DNA of 38,583 nt. Origin: an uncultured Rhodobacterales bacterium (GTDB lineage Bacteria > Pseudomonadota > Alphaproteobacteria > Rhodospirillales > Rhodospirillaceae). A program made the translations under genes and the position numbers. The notes beneath the pieces were generated by a model. It saw nothing but the letters and a program-made list of their open reading frames with translations. It did no database searches and had not been told where the DNA came from. Numbering within the stretch: position 1 is the first letter of the stretch; each line of letters begins with the position of its first letter. The stretch is from assembly GCA_964521375.1 (NCBI GenBank), contig CAZFRK010000001.1, positions 1 through 38,583 on the forward strand. Direction: 5' to 3'. This document shows, one piece after another, positions 25,556 through 34,775 of this stretch.

Positions 25556-25678
25556 GGCCATTTTCAACTGGTGTTTTACAGGTTCCGGCCACGCTTAACT
25601 GGTGGCTTTGGCCATGACGAACTGGTGCATCAACGGCCCTGACTCCGGCTCACCGGCCATCTACATCTGAATCTGACA
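25556..25678. repeat. Transposon end distal to tRNA (L-like, more dispersed): four putative TnsB-binding repeats
   Basis: Read on the reverse strand. The terminal site is TGTCAGATT-CAGAT-GTAGA-TGGCC. The other three are CAGTT-CGTCA-TGGCC, CAGTT-AAGCG-TGGCC and CAGTT-GAAAA-TGGCC. The GGCCA cores start at 25556, 25587, 25610 and 25655. Confidence 0.8.
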
Positions 25679-25683
25679 GTTCG
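25679..25683. repeat. Target-site duplication, right copy (GTTCG)
   Basis: GTTCG lies immediately after the terminal ACA (25676..25678). Confidence 0.85.
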
Positions 25684-25880
25684 CGCGCCGGCTCGACGGC
25701 GTCTTCCGGCACGGAGACGAATCCCCCCCTCCCTTTCCAAAATGTGGAACGATAGTTGCAGGAAGGGCGACCCGACAGTCATACACCGCGCGTCAAGGGA
25801 ATCGCGGGAGAGTCGTGGCGGCCAAGGGATGCTAACATGGCAGGCAGGCGCCGTCGGGTCCGCGGGGAAGGATGAAAGGC

Positions 25881-26285
25881 ATGCACCGTCAACCTTTGGT
25901 CTTGGTGGTCGACGACGACCCGGATTTGCTTCTGCTGGTCAGCGAGGAGTTGGCCGACGGCGGCTTCCGCGTCCTTGAGGCGGAGAACGGTCGGGCCGCC
26001 CTGGCCGTGCTGGAGAGCGTCACGCCCGACGCCATCGTCTCGGACGTCATGATGCCCGACATGGACGGCGTAGACCTCTATTGGGCCGTCCAGAACCGCC
26101 CGGACCTCAGCGCCATTCCCTTCATCTTCCTCACCGCCCTGCGCCCGGGCGACGGCGACGAGCGCCTGTCCGCCTGCACCCGCGCGGTGCGCAGCCCGAA
26201 GCCGATCGACTTCGACGGACTGATCGACCTGGTCGGCTCCCTGACCGCCGACATGACCGCCGATCCGGTGCGAAACCACGCCTGA
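25881..26285 (+). CDS. Single-domain CheY-like response regulator
   Basis: LVLVVDDDPD, phospho-acceptor context AIVSDVMMPDMDG, IFLTA and SPKPID. ATG 25881 has better SD spacing than 25872. Confidence 0.85.
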   Translation: MHRQPLVLVVDDDPDLLLLVSEELADGGFRVLEAENGRAALAVLESVTPDAIVSDVMMPDMDGVDLYWAVQNRPDLSAIPFIFLTALRPGDGDERLSACTRAVRSPKPIDFDGLIDLVGSLTADMTADPVRNHA

Positions 26286-26419
26286 GATTCCCGTTGCGCG
26301 TCGCATTTTGCGATTCACGGCCCCGGCGAAGGCCGCCGACTCCGGCCCAACAGGGCATATGTCGTCTGGCACCACTATTGCTAGCTCTTCGTCATCCGGC
26401 CCTCTCAGAAGACGAACCG

Positions 26420-28549
26420 ATGACGACGCGAGCCTCAAACGCCCCCATGCCCCTGTCCCGCTGGTTCTGGCGGTCGTACCTTCGTGCCGCCGTGATTCCG
26501 CTGCTCGTCATCGAACTGACCTTCCTTCTGGTCTATTGGGCCAGCACGCAGATCACCTTCGACCGCAACGTCACGGCGATCAGCGAGATTTCGCGCGACG
26601 AACTGGCCCGGTCGGCGCTCAATCAGGCCGATACCATCGACCAGACCCTGGACGGCGTCAGCAGCCTGACCCGGCTGTTCGCCACGGAATCGGCGCGGGT
26701 GCTCGGCGGCCCGGTCCCCACCGTGCCGTCGGTCGAACGCGACCGCTACGGCAAGACCCTGACCGGCGTCGTCTATACGCGCCCCGACACCCAAGGCCCC
26801 GCCGCCTTCTTTTCCGGCGCCGTGCCGGTCGGCCCGGACCAGATGGACACGGTCTGGCGCTCGACCGCCCTGGACCCGATCATGGAGGCCGTCACCGCCT
26901 CCCACCCGCTGGTCACCCAGGTCTATCTGAACACGCGGGAAAGCTACAATCGCATCTATCCGCCCGTCGACGTCCTGGCGACCTTTGACGCGGGCATGGT
27001 GATCCCGGACTTCAATTTCTATTACGAGGCCGACGCCCGCCACAATCCGGGCCGCCGCGCGGTCTGGACCGACGCCTACGTGGACCCGGCGGGCAGCGGC
27101 TGGATGGTGTCCTCCATCGCCCCGGTCTACGTGAACGACGTCCTGGAAGGGGTGGTCGGCGTCGACCTGACCATCAAGACCATCGTCGACCGCATCCTCA
27201 ACCTGTCCCTGCCGTGGGACGGCTACGCCATGCTGATTGGTCGCGACGGCACCATCCTGGCCCTGCCCGAACGCGGAGAAGCGGATTTCGGCCTGACCGA
27301 ACTGATGGATCACTCCTACGCCTCGGCCATCCAGGGCGACACCTTCAAGCCCGAGGTCTTCAACGTCTTCAAGCGCGGCGACGCGACCGCGTTGGCGCGC
27401 GCCGTCTCGTCGGCGGACCCGGCGGTCTTCCGCCTCGACCTCGACCGTTCGCTGCTGGCCGCCGTGGCGCCGGTCGCCGGTCCGGGCTGGTCGCTGGTGG
27501 TCCTGACACCCGAGGACCAGATCCTCGGCCATGCCCGCGACCTGCGGGAGGAACTGCGCTTCGTCGGCGCCGCCATGATCGTCATCCTGCTGGTCTTCTA
27601 TGCCGGCTTCTTCGCCTTTCTCTATGTGCGGTCCCGCCAGATGAGTCGCCGCGTCGCGGCCCCCCTGCACGCCCTGGAAGCGGCTATCGAACGGATCGGC
27701 GCGCGCGACTACGACCAGTCCGTTTCCCATACGGAAGTGGCCGAGCTGAACACCCTGGTCGACGGTATCATGACCATGGCCCGGCGCCTGGGCGAGGCCG
27801 ATCGCCTGCAGACCGAGGCCAAGACCCACATGCAGGAAAGCCTGAAGCGCGAGCAGGCCCTGAACGAGCGCCAGCGCCAGTTCATCAACGTGGTCAGTCA
27901 CGAGTTCCGCACGCCTCTGGCCATCATCGACGGCTCGGCGCGCGCCCTGGAGCGGCGCTCCACCTCCATGTCCCTGGAAGACGTCACCAACCGCGCCGGG
28001 CGGCTACGTGTCGCCGTGCGCCGCCTGTGCGACGTGGTGGACAGCGGCCTGGCCTTCGCCCGGATCGAACAGGACGTGCCCGACCGCTGGGCCGCCTTCG
28101 CCCCCGACGACCTAATCCAGACGGTGATCGACGAACAACGCGACGCCTTCCCGGACCGGACGGTCGCGGTGTCCGTGGAAGCCCTGCCCGCCATGTGGGG
28201 GGACGCCGCCGGGACCAAGGTCGCCATCAGCGCCCTGCTCAACAACGCGTTGCGCTACAGCCCGGCCGACACGACGGTCTTCATCGACGCCACCTGCGCC
28301 GACGGCGCCCTGACCATCAGCGTCCGCGATCAGGGCGGCGGCATCCCCGCCGAAGACCTGCCGCGCGTCACCGAACAGTTCTACCGCGGCTCCAACAGCC
28401 TCAACACCCACGGCGCGGGGGTCGGCCTCTACATCGCCGACGTCTGCGCCCGGCTTCACGGTGGCTCGCTGATCATCGACAGCCGTCCCGGCACCGGCGC
28501 CACCTGCATCCTGACCCTGCCCTTCGGGGCGCCGGCCTCCGGTCGGTGA
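26420..28549 (+). CDS. Sensor histidine kinase with periplasmic Cache-like domain, HAMP, HisKA and HATPase_c
   Basis: ATG 26420 (MTTRASNAP...). Two TM segments flank a ~300-aa extracytoplasmic region (Cache-like DPAGSGWMVSSIAPVY). H-box VVSHEFRTPLAII, N-box LLNNALRYS and G-boxes DQGGGI...GAGVGLYI. Confidence 0.9.
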   Translation: MTTRASNAPMPLSRWFWRSYLRAAVIPLLVIELTFLLVYWASTQITFDRNVTAISEISRDELARSALNQADTIDQTLDGVSSLTRLFATESARVLGGPVPTVPSVERDRYGKTLTGVVYTRPDTQGPAAFFSGAVPVGPDQMDTVWRSTALDPIMEAVTASHPLVTQVYLNTRESYNRIYPPVDVLATFDAGMVIPDFNFYYEADARHNPGRRAVWTDAYVDPAGSGWMVSSIAPVYVNDVLEGVVGVDLTIKTIVDRILNLSLPWDGYAMLIGRDGTILALPERGEADFGLTELMDHSYASAIQGDTFKPEVFNVFKRGDATALARAVSSADPAVFRLDLDRSLLAAVAPVAGPGWSLVVLTPEDQILGHARDLREELRFVGAAMIVILLVFYAGFFAFLYVRSRQMSRRVAAPLHALEAAIERIGARDYDQSVSHTEVAELNTLVDGIMTMARRLGEADRLQTEAKTHMQESLKREQALNERQRQFINVVSHEFRTPLAIIDGSARALERRSTSMSLEDVTNRAGRLRVAVRRLCDVVDSGLAFARIEQDVPDRWAAFAPDDLIQTVIDEQRDAFPDRTVAVSVEALPAMWGDAAGTKVAISALLNNALRYSPADTTVFIDATCADGALTISVRDQGGGIPAEDLPRVTEQFYRGSNSLNTHGAGVGLYIADVCARLHGGSLIIDSRPGTGATCILTLPFGAPASGR

Positions 28550-28558
28550 CGTCTTGAA

Positions 28559-29833
28559 ATGGAGGCCTTGGACGTGTCTCCCGTGATCCTGTATGTCGAG
28601 GACGAGACGGACCTGCGCCAGGACCTTCGGGCCGACCTGGAGGCCGAGGGCTACACGGTGCACGAGGCCGCCGACGGCACCGAGGCCCTCGCCAAGATCG
28701 ACGCCCTGCGCCCCGATCTGGTCCTGTGCGACATCAAGATGCCGGGGCTGTCGGGCCACGAGGTCCTGGCCCGCGTCCGCGCCAGGCGGGACGACGCGGC
28801 CTCCACCCCCTTCGTCATGCTGACCGCCCTCCATGATCGCGGCAACCAGTTGGAGGGACGCCGTAGGGGCGCGGACGACTACGTGACCAAGCCGGTGGAC
28901 TTCGACCTGCTGTTGGCCACCATCCAGACCCGCCTGTCCAATGCCCAGCGCATGCGCGCCGTCGGCGGGCGACGGCTCGACAGGCTGGAGCGGCTGTTCG
29001 AGGAGCGGATGGCGGCGCTGAACCCCGAGTGTCCGTTAGACGGTCGCGCCGCCGCCCTTCAGGCCGCCCTGCCGGAGGCCATCGCCGACCATCGGTTCGC
29101 CTTGTACCTGCAGCCCAAGGTCAGCCTGTCGGACGGCACCGTGGTCGGCGCCGAAGCCCTGTTGCGCTGGACCCATCCCACCCTCGGCCCCGTTTCCCCG
29201 GCCCGGTTCATGCCGATCGCCGAACGGCAGGGACTGGCCCCGGCCATCGGGCGGTGGGTCCAGCACGAGGTCATGCGCCAGGCGGCGGCCCTGGCGCGGC
29301 GGGGGCTGGCGCTGCCGATCAGCTTCAACCTGTCGGCCACCGAGTTGGAGCCGGGCCTGCCGGAGCGCATGGCGGCGGCCATCGCCACCGCCGGGGCGCG
29401 GCCCGACCTCTTGCAGGTGGAGATCACCGAAAGCGCCGCCGTCAAGGACCTGCCGACCGCCATCCGGGTGGCCGACGCCGTCCATCGGCTGGGGGTCTCG
29501 GTCGCCCTCGACGATTTCGGGACCGGCTATGCCTCGCTGGCCTATGTCCGCGATTTTCCGGTCGACACCCTGAAGATCGACGGCTCCTTCATCTCCTCCC
29601 TGCCCGACAACGCGGTCGAACAGCAGATCGTCGAGACCATCCTGTCCCTCAGCCGGTCCCTGGGGTTCACCGTGGTGGCGGAAGGCGTCGAGACGACCGA
29701 GCAAGCCCGCGTCCTTGAACGCATGGGATGCACCATTATCCAGGGTTTCCTTTTCAGTCCCGCCCTACCCTTCGACGCCTTCGTGCGCTATGTTGTTGAA
29801 AGAAACCGGGTTCCGCGTCTGGCCGCCCGGTGA
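28559..29833 (+). CDS. Response regulator with EAL c-di-GMP phosphodiesterase output domain
   Basis: REC motifs ILYVEDE, LVLCDIKMPGLSG and DDYVTKP. EAL signature residues GAEALLRW, EITES, DDFGTGYASL, KIDGSF, AEGVET and QGFLFS. Confidence 0.92.
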   Translation: MEALDVSPVILYVEDETDLRQDLRADLEAEGYTVHEAADGTEALAKIDALRPDLVLCDIKMPGLSGHEVLARVRARRDDAASTPFVMLTALHDRGNQLEGRRRGADDYVTKPVDFDLLLATIQTRLSNAQRMRAVGGRRLDRLERLFEERMAALNPECPLDGRAAALQAALPEAIADHRFALYLQPKVSLSDGTVVGAEALLRWTHPTLGPVSPARFMPIAERQGLAPAIGRWVQHEVMRQAAALARRGLALPISFNLSATELEPGLPERMAAAIATAGARPDLLQVEITESAAVKDLPTAIRVADAVHRLGVSVALDDFGTGYASLAYVRDFPVDTLKIDGSFISSLPDNAVEQQIVETILSLSRSLGFTVVAEGVETTEQARVLERMGCTIIQGFLFSPALPFDAFVRYVVERNRVPRLAAR

Positions 29834-29875
29834 CGGCGACATAGGCGCTCCGGACCGTCGGCATAGGGATCGGGG

Positions 29876-31735
29876 ATGGAAGGTTCAACCAACAGGCCCT
29901 TGGCGACCGCCCAGGAGGGCGACGCGACGAGCGACGCTTGGCCGCCCTCCGTCGCGGCCTTGGCGACGCCGGTGTGGATCTATGACCTGATGGCGCACCG
30001 CATCCGCTGGGCCAACCCGGCGGCGGTGGCCTTCTGGGGCGCCGACGGTCTGGACGACCTGACCCGCCGCGAATTCTCCGCCCCGATGTCGCCCTCCATC
30101 AAGCGCCGCCTGGAAGGCTGCGCCAAGCGCCTGCGTCGGGGCGAACAGTTGCGGGAGACCTGGACCCTGTTCCCCGACGGTCGGGCGGTGACGGTGGCCT
30201 GCACGCTGACGCCCCTGCCCCAGGCCGACGGGACCATGGCCATGCAGGTAGAGGCGCATCACCTGGACGACGAGACCATCCTTCAGGATCGCCGCACGGC
30301 GGAGGCGCTGCGCCACGCCTCCAGCTTGTTCATCCTGGCCGACGCGACCGGCCATGTGGCCTCCTGCAACTCTATCGCCAACCTGCGTTTCCCCCGGCTG
30401 CTTCAAGAGCGGGAGGTCCCGGTCGCCGACCACCTGGTGACCGACCGCGCGACCCGCGACGCCCTCAAGCAGGCGATGGCGGACGGTCGCGGCTTCGTCG
30501 CGGAGATTTCCGTCGACTGCGAGGACGGACCGCGCTGGATGTCCCTGGAGGCCCGCCGGGTCCCCGACCCCCTGACCGCCGAGACGGCGACCCTGATCTT
30601 CATGACCGACATCACCGACCGCCGCCTGCTGGAGCAGGAACGGCGTCGGCACGAGGAGACCCTGCGCGCCGTGGTGGAGACCGCCCCGGTCCCGCTGGTC
30701 GTCACGCGCGCCGTGGACGGTCATATGATCTATGCCAATTCCCGTGCCGGAGACCTGTTCGGGTTCTCCTCGGAAGACCTGCCGGGGCGGGACATCAAGG
30801 GCTATTACCTCGTGGCCGACGATCGCGAGCGCATGATCGACGCCCTTGTCCGCGACGGCGCCGTGGACGACCTGCGAATGTCCCTCTGCTCGGCCCTGGG
30901 CCGTCCCTTCGCGGCCAGCGTCTCCGCCCGCCTCATCTCCTACGAGGGAGAGCCATCGATCCTGGCCGCCATCCTGGACATCGAGGAGGATACCGAGGCC
31001 CGCCGCGCCCTGCGCCAGGCCCTGGAACGGCAGACCCGCGTCAATACACTTCGGAAGCAGTTCACCTCCATGCTGGGGCACGAGTTCATGACCCCGGTCT
31101 CGGTCATCGACGGCGCCGCCCGCCGCATCACGCGATTGCTGTCGAAGGAGGCTCCGGCGGACGACATCCTGCCGTGGGCCGACCGCATCCAGGCCGCCGC
31201 CAAGCGCATCACCGAGGTGGTGTCGGAAATCCAACGGATGGCGCACGCCGACGACGGCGCCCTGGGCCTGGAGACCGAGGAGACCGACGTCGCCGCGCTG
31301 CTCGACAAGACCGTGGAGCGGCATCGCCGCATCACCGCCAAGCACGAGATCGTCCTCGCCGCCGACGGCCTGGACGGCCCCATGACCCTGGACCCCAAGG
31401 TCCTGGACATCGTCCTGTCCAACCTGCTCGGCAACGCCATCAAGTATTCGCCCGACGGCGGCACCATCCAGGTGCGGGCGGACCGCGTCGACACGGGGGT
31501 GAAGATCGCCGTGCGCGACGGCGGCATGGGCATCCCCGAAGAGGAGCAGGAGCGGATCTTCGACCGCTTCTACCGCTCCCCCCGCGTCTCGGGAATCGTC
31601 GGCACCGGCCAGGGCCTGGACATCAGCCGTCGGCTGGTGGAAATGCACGGTGGCACCCTGACCGTGGAGAGCACCCACGGTCAGGGCAGTTGCTTCACCT
31701 TCACCCTGGCCGAACCACCCGCCCATCCGGCCTGA
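29876..31735 (+). CDS. PAS-domain sensor histidine kinase (cytoplasmic)
   Basis: Repeated PAS-like segments, H-box MLGHEFMTPVSVI, N-box LLGNAIKYSP and G-boxes DGGMGIP...GTGQGLDI. Confidence 0.9.
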   Translation: MEGSTNRPLATAQEGDATSDAWPPSVAALATPVWIYDLMAHRIRWANPAAVAFWGADGLDDLTRREFSAPMSPSIKRRLEGCAKRLRRGEQLRETWTLFPDGRAVTVACTLTPLPQADGTMAMQVEAHHLDDETILQDRRTAEALRHASSLFILADATGHVASCNSIANLRFPRLLQEREVPVADHLVTDRATRDALKQAMADGRGFVAEISVDCEDGPRWMSLEARRVPDPLTAETATLIFMTDITDRRLLEQERRRHEETLRAVVETAPVPLVVTRAVDGHMIYANSRAGDLFGFSSEDLPGRDIKGYYLVADDRERMIDALVRDGAVDDLRMSLCSALGRPFAASVSARLISYEGEPSILAAILDIEEDTEARRALRQALERQTRVNTLRKQFTSMLGHEFMTPVSVIDGAARRITRLLSKEAPADDILPWADRIQAAAKRITEVVSEIQRMAHADDGALGLETEETDVAALLDKTVERHRRITAKHEIVLAADGLDGPMTLDPKVLDIVLSNLLGNAIKYSPDGGTIQVRADRVDTGVKIAVRDGGMGIPEEEQERIFDRFYRSPRVSGIVGTGQGLDISRRLVEMHGGTLTVESTHGQGSCFTFTLAEPPAHPA

Positions 31736-31927
31736 GCGGTCGCCCCCGCCGCTTGATCCGCGCCCGCCCACGGGGCGGCGGCCCCTTGACCGGAACGGGA
31801 CCGGAACACATATCCGTCGCGCACCCGCCGGGGACGCCGCTTAGCCGGGTCCCGGTCGGCGCCTGCTGCCCCGAATCCGCTTCAGGAAGGGGTTCGGGTC
31901 GTCTTCGTCCCATGGGGAGAAGTCGTC

Positions 31928-32938
31928 ATGACCGTTCCGCACGATGACCCCTACCGCGTTCTGGGGGTTTCCCGCGACGCCGATCAGGCCGCCATCCGCC
32001 GCGCCTATCGGACGCTGGCCAAGACCTATCATCCGGACATGAACCCCGGCGACACCAAGGCCGAGGACATGTTCAAGAAGATCTCGCGCGCCTACGACAT
32101 CCTCGGCGACGAGGACAAGCGCGCCCGCTTCGACCGCGGCGAGATCGGCCCCGACGGCGCCGAGCGCGCGGGGTTCGGCGCCCACGGTCCCGGCGGCGCC
32201 GGCTTCGAGGGCTTCCAGGCCGGAGGCGACGGCCCCTTCACCTTCCGCTGGAGCCGTTCGACCCACGGCGCCAATGGCGCTTCTTCAAGTCACGCCGACG
32301 GCGCCTTTTCGGACAGCGGCTTCGCCGATCTGTTCAGCGACCTTTTCGCCCATGCCGGGGCCGGTCCCCGGGGCGGCGGCTTCCAGGGCACGGCGGATCG
32401 TCCGCGCAAGGGCGCCGACAGTCGCCGCCGCCTGACCGTCTCCTTCGAGGAGGCCGCCGTCGGCGCCAAGAAGACCCTGCGCCTGGACGACGGGGCGACG
32501 GTGGCCGTCCGCGTCCCCGCCGGAATCGAGGACGGCCACGTCCTGCGCCTGAAGGGCAAGGGCCGCCCGGCGCCGCCCGGCGGACGGCGCGGCGACGCCC
32601 TGGTGGAGGTCACCGTGGCGCCCCACGCGCGATTCCGCCGTGACGGCCTGGACGTTCACGTCGAGGTCCCCGTCTCCCTGGTCGAGGCGGTCCTGGGCGG
32701 CAAGGTGACCGTGCCGACCCCCTCGGGGCCGGTGTCCATGGCGGTTCCGGCCAACACCTCGTCGGGGCGGCGGTTGCGCCTCAAGGGGCGCGGCATCCAC
32801 AAGGGTTCCCACAAAGGCGACCTCCTGGCCCGCGTGATGATCGTCCTGCCCGACCCGCCCGACGCCGCGCTGGAGGCCTTCGTGCGCGACTGGTCCGCCC
32901 AGGCGTCGGATCGGGAACCGGACGCGACGGACGCATAA
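31928..32938 (+). CDS. DnaJ-class co-chaperone without zinc finger (CbpA-like)
   Basis: J-domain DPYRVLGVSRDADQAAIRRAYRTLAKTYHPDMNP, then a Gly/Phe-rich linker and C-terminal substrate-binding beta domains (GDLLARVMIVLP). Confidence 0.88.
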   Translation: MTVPHDDPYRVLGVSRDADQAAIRRAYRTLAKTYHPDMNPGDTKAEDMFKKISRAYDILGDEDKRARFDRGEIGPDGAERAGFGAHGPGGAGFEGFQAGGDGPFTFRWSRSTHGANGASSSHADGAFSDSGFADLFSDLFAHAGAGPRGGGFQGTADRPRKGADSRRRLTVSFEEAAVGAKKTLRLDDGATVAVRVPAGIEDGHVLRLKGKGRPAPPGGRRGDALVEVTVAPHARFRRDGLDVHVEVPVSLVEAVLGGKVTVPTPSGPVSMAVPANTSSGRRLRLKGRGIHKGSHKGDLLARVMIVLPDPPDAALEAFVRDWSAQASDREPDATDA

Positions 32939-32953
32939 GGTGGAGACGCGCCG

Positions 32954-33820
32954 ATGCCGACGTTCCCCTTGACCGGCCATCCACCCGGCCCCGCCACCGG
33001 AGATCCCATGCTGAAAGCTCAGGCCTTCGGGCTGATCGTCCTGATGGCCGCCCTGATGGTCGCCATGGGCTGGTTCTGGGCCGGGGAGTGGGGCGTCGCC
33101 GCCGCCTTGACCTTGGCGGCGGCGGAAGCCTTCTTCCTGCCCATCGCCGGGCCGCGCACGGTGCTGCGCATGGCGCGCGCCCGTCCCCTGCCGTTGATGG
33201 CCGCCCCGGAGCTGCACGCCATGGCCGAGACCCTGGCGCGGCGCGCCGGTCTGGCCGAGCGCCCGGCGCTCTACGTCACCCCCAGCCCCGCCGTCGAGGC
33301 CCTGGCCGTCAGCGGCGACGCCCCCGGCGACACCCGCCATGCCGTGGCCCTGTCGATGGGCGCCCTGGACAGCCTGACCCCGCGGGAGATGGCCGGGGTC
33401 CTGGCCCATGAGACCAGCCATCTCGCCGCCGGGGACACGCGCCTGTTCCGGCTGGTCGGCGGCATGGTCGCCAGCGTCCAGGCGCTCGGCGTCGCCGGGG
33501 CGGTCTTCTGCCTGATCCTGCTGGCGGCGGGCGGGTCGGGCTACGGACCGTTCCTGGCCGCCTTCGTGGTCGCGCCGGTGATCGCCGCCGTCGCCGAGGC
33601 CGCCTTGCGGCGGCTGCGCGAATACGCCGCCGACGACGGGGCGGTCGCCTTGACGGGCGATCCCTTGGGCCTCGCCACCGCGCTCCACCGCATCCAGATC
33701 CTGCACGGCAACCCGCTGTGGCGAATGCTGCGCGGCCTGCGCAAAGCCCCGGCGCCAACCGCCCTCCGCAGCCATCCGGAGACCGAGAAGCGCATCGCCC
33801 GCCTGATGGCCCGCGTCTGA
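32954..33820 (+). CDS. M48-family (HtpX-like) membrane zinc metalloprotease
   Basis: HExxH in GVLAHETSHLAAGD, flanking TM segments and the C-terminal HPETEKRIARL motif. SD AAGGTGGAG lies 8 nt upstream. Confidence 0.85.
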   Translation: MPTFPLTGHPPGPATGDPMLKAQAFGLIVLMAALMVAMGWFWAGEWGVAAALTLAAAEAFFLPIAGPRTVLRMARARPLPLMAAPELHAMAETLARRAGLAERPALYVTPSPAVEALAVSGDAPGDTRHAVALSMGALDSLTPREMAGVLAHETSHLAAGDTRLFRLVGGMVASVQALGVAGAVFCLILLAAGGSGYGPFLAAFVVAPVIAAVAEAALRRLREYAADDGAVALTGDPLGLATALHRIQILHGNPLWRMLRGLRKAPAPTALRSHPETEKRIARLMARV

Positions 33821-33918
33821 GCCTCCGTCGGGGACGACGGCGCCCCGACAGGACGAAGCCGCCGCCCGGTCGTCCGGACGGCGGCTCTTTCAGCGTCGCG
33901 AGGCCCCGGTGGGTGTCC

Positions 33919-34722
33919 TCAGTGCGACAGCAGGACCGGCACGGTCATATGGGCCAGCAGGTCGCGGGTCACGCCGCCGCGCAGCATGTGCGGGAAGCCG
34001 TAGTGGCCGAAGGCGCCCATGACCAGCAGGTCGGCGCCCATGTCGGCGCAATGGGACAGGACGTAGTCGGCGACGCCGATATCCTTGACCTCCAGAAGTT
34101 CCCGCTCGGCGGTGATGCCATGGCAGGACAGGTGGTCGCACAGGCCCGAGCCGTCGAGCGGCTGGGTGCCCTGCGGATTCATGGCCATCACCGTGACGTG
34201 CTTGGCGTCGGCCATCAGCGGGATGGCGTCGTTGGCGGCGCGGGCGCTTTCGCGACCGCCGTTCCAGGCCACCAGGACGGTCTTGCCGACGTCGGGGAAG
34301 GTTCCGGCGTAGGGCACCACCAGGGCCGGACGCCCGGAGTTGATGACCACCTGCTCGACCAGATCGGTCGGCGCGCGACTGTCGCGGGCGTCGCGATCGG
34401 TCTGCCCCAGGACGCAGAGGTCGGCGCGCCGCGTGGCGTCGATCACCGTCTGGTTGACCTGATGGTGGTTGCCATGGACCAGGGACCGCATGATGCCCGT
34501 CACCCCGGCCGCCGACACCTTTTCGGAAAACACCTTGCGGGCGCTGTCGTAGGCGGCGGCCACCTCGCCCTCGGCGGAACGGCCCAGAAGGCCCGTGTCC
34601 ACCTCGGCGAAGACGCCGACCAGCCGGGCGCCGAACCGCTTGGCCAGCGTCACGGACAGATCCAGCCGGGCTTCGGCGCGCGGCGAGGAGTCCAGATGGA
34701 CAATCATGTTCTTGACGATCAT
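33919..34722 (-). CDS. Tandem-domain universal stress protein (UspA family)
   Basis: MIVHLDSS... and VLVAWNGGRES..., each followed by a G-x2-G-x9-G(S/T)-like tail (LLVMGAFGHYGFPHMLRGGVTRDLL). Confidence 0.88.
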   Translation of the reverse strand: MIVKNMIVHLDSSPRAEARLDLSVTLAKRFGARLVGVFAEVDTGLLGRSAEGEVAAAYDSARKVFSEKVSAAGVTGIMRSLVHGNHHQVNQTVIDATRRADLCVLGQTDRDARDSRAPTDLVEQVVINSGRPALVVPYAGTFPDVGKTVLVAWNGGRESARAANDAIPLMADAKHVTVMAMNPQGTQPLDGSGLCDHLSCHGITAERELLEVKDIGVADYVLSHCADMGADLLVMGAFGHYGFPHMLRGGVTRDLLAHMTVPVLLSH

Positions 34723-34775
34723 TGACGTGTATCTCCCCTGTTCTTTCGGTTTCTGATGACGGGTCGCGCGGGACG

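Larger units (their letters stand above)
6387..25678 (+). mobile_element. Tn7-like transposon (19,292 bp) with tniQ-tnsA-tnsB-tnsC and two cargo regions
   Basis: Inverted termini read TGTCAGATTCAG...CTGAATCTGACA. Each end carries four CAGTT-N5-TGGCC repeats, and the element is flanked by the 5-bp direct repeat GTTCG. A TnsA/TnsB/TnsC/TniQ gene set lies inside, and GC drops in part of the cargo. Confidence 0.88.

Noticed and set aside
6387-25678. CRISPR-associated transposon (CAST), given the Tn7-like core and the tRNA-adjacent insertion
   Set aside because: I could find no repeat-spacer array. There is also no Cas12k, Cascade or Cas6-like ORF. The only regular repeats are the end-binding sites. 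Targeting is more likely directed by the TniQ protein.
6251-25700. Classical integrase-type genomic island at a tRNA gene
   Set aside because: There is no tyrosine or serine integrase ORF, and no direct repeat of the tRNA 3' end at the far boundary. The boundaries are instead TGT/ACA inverted ends with a 5-bp duplication.
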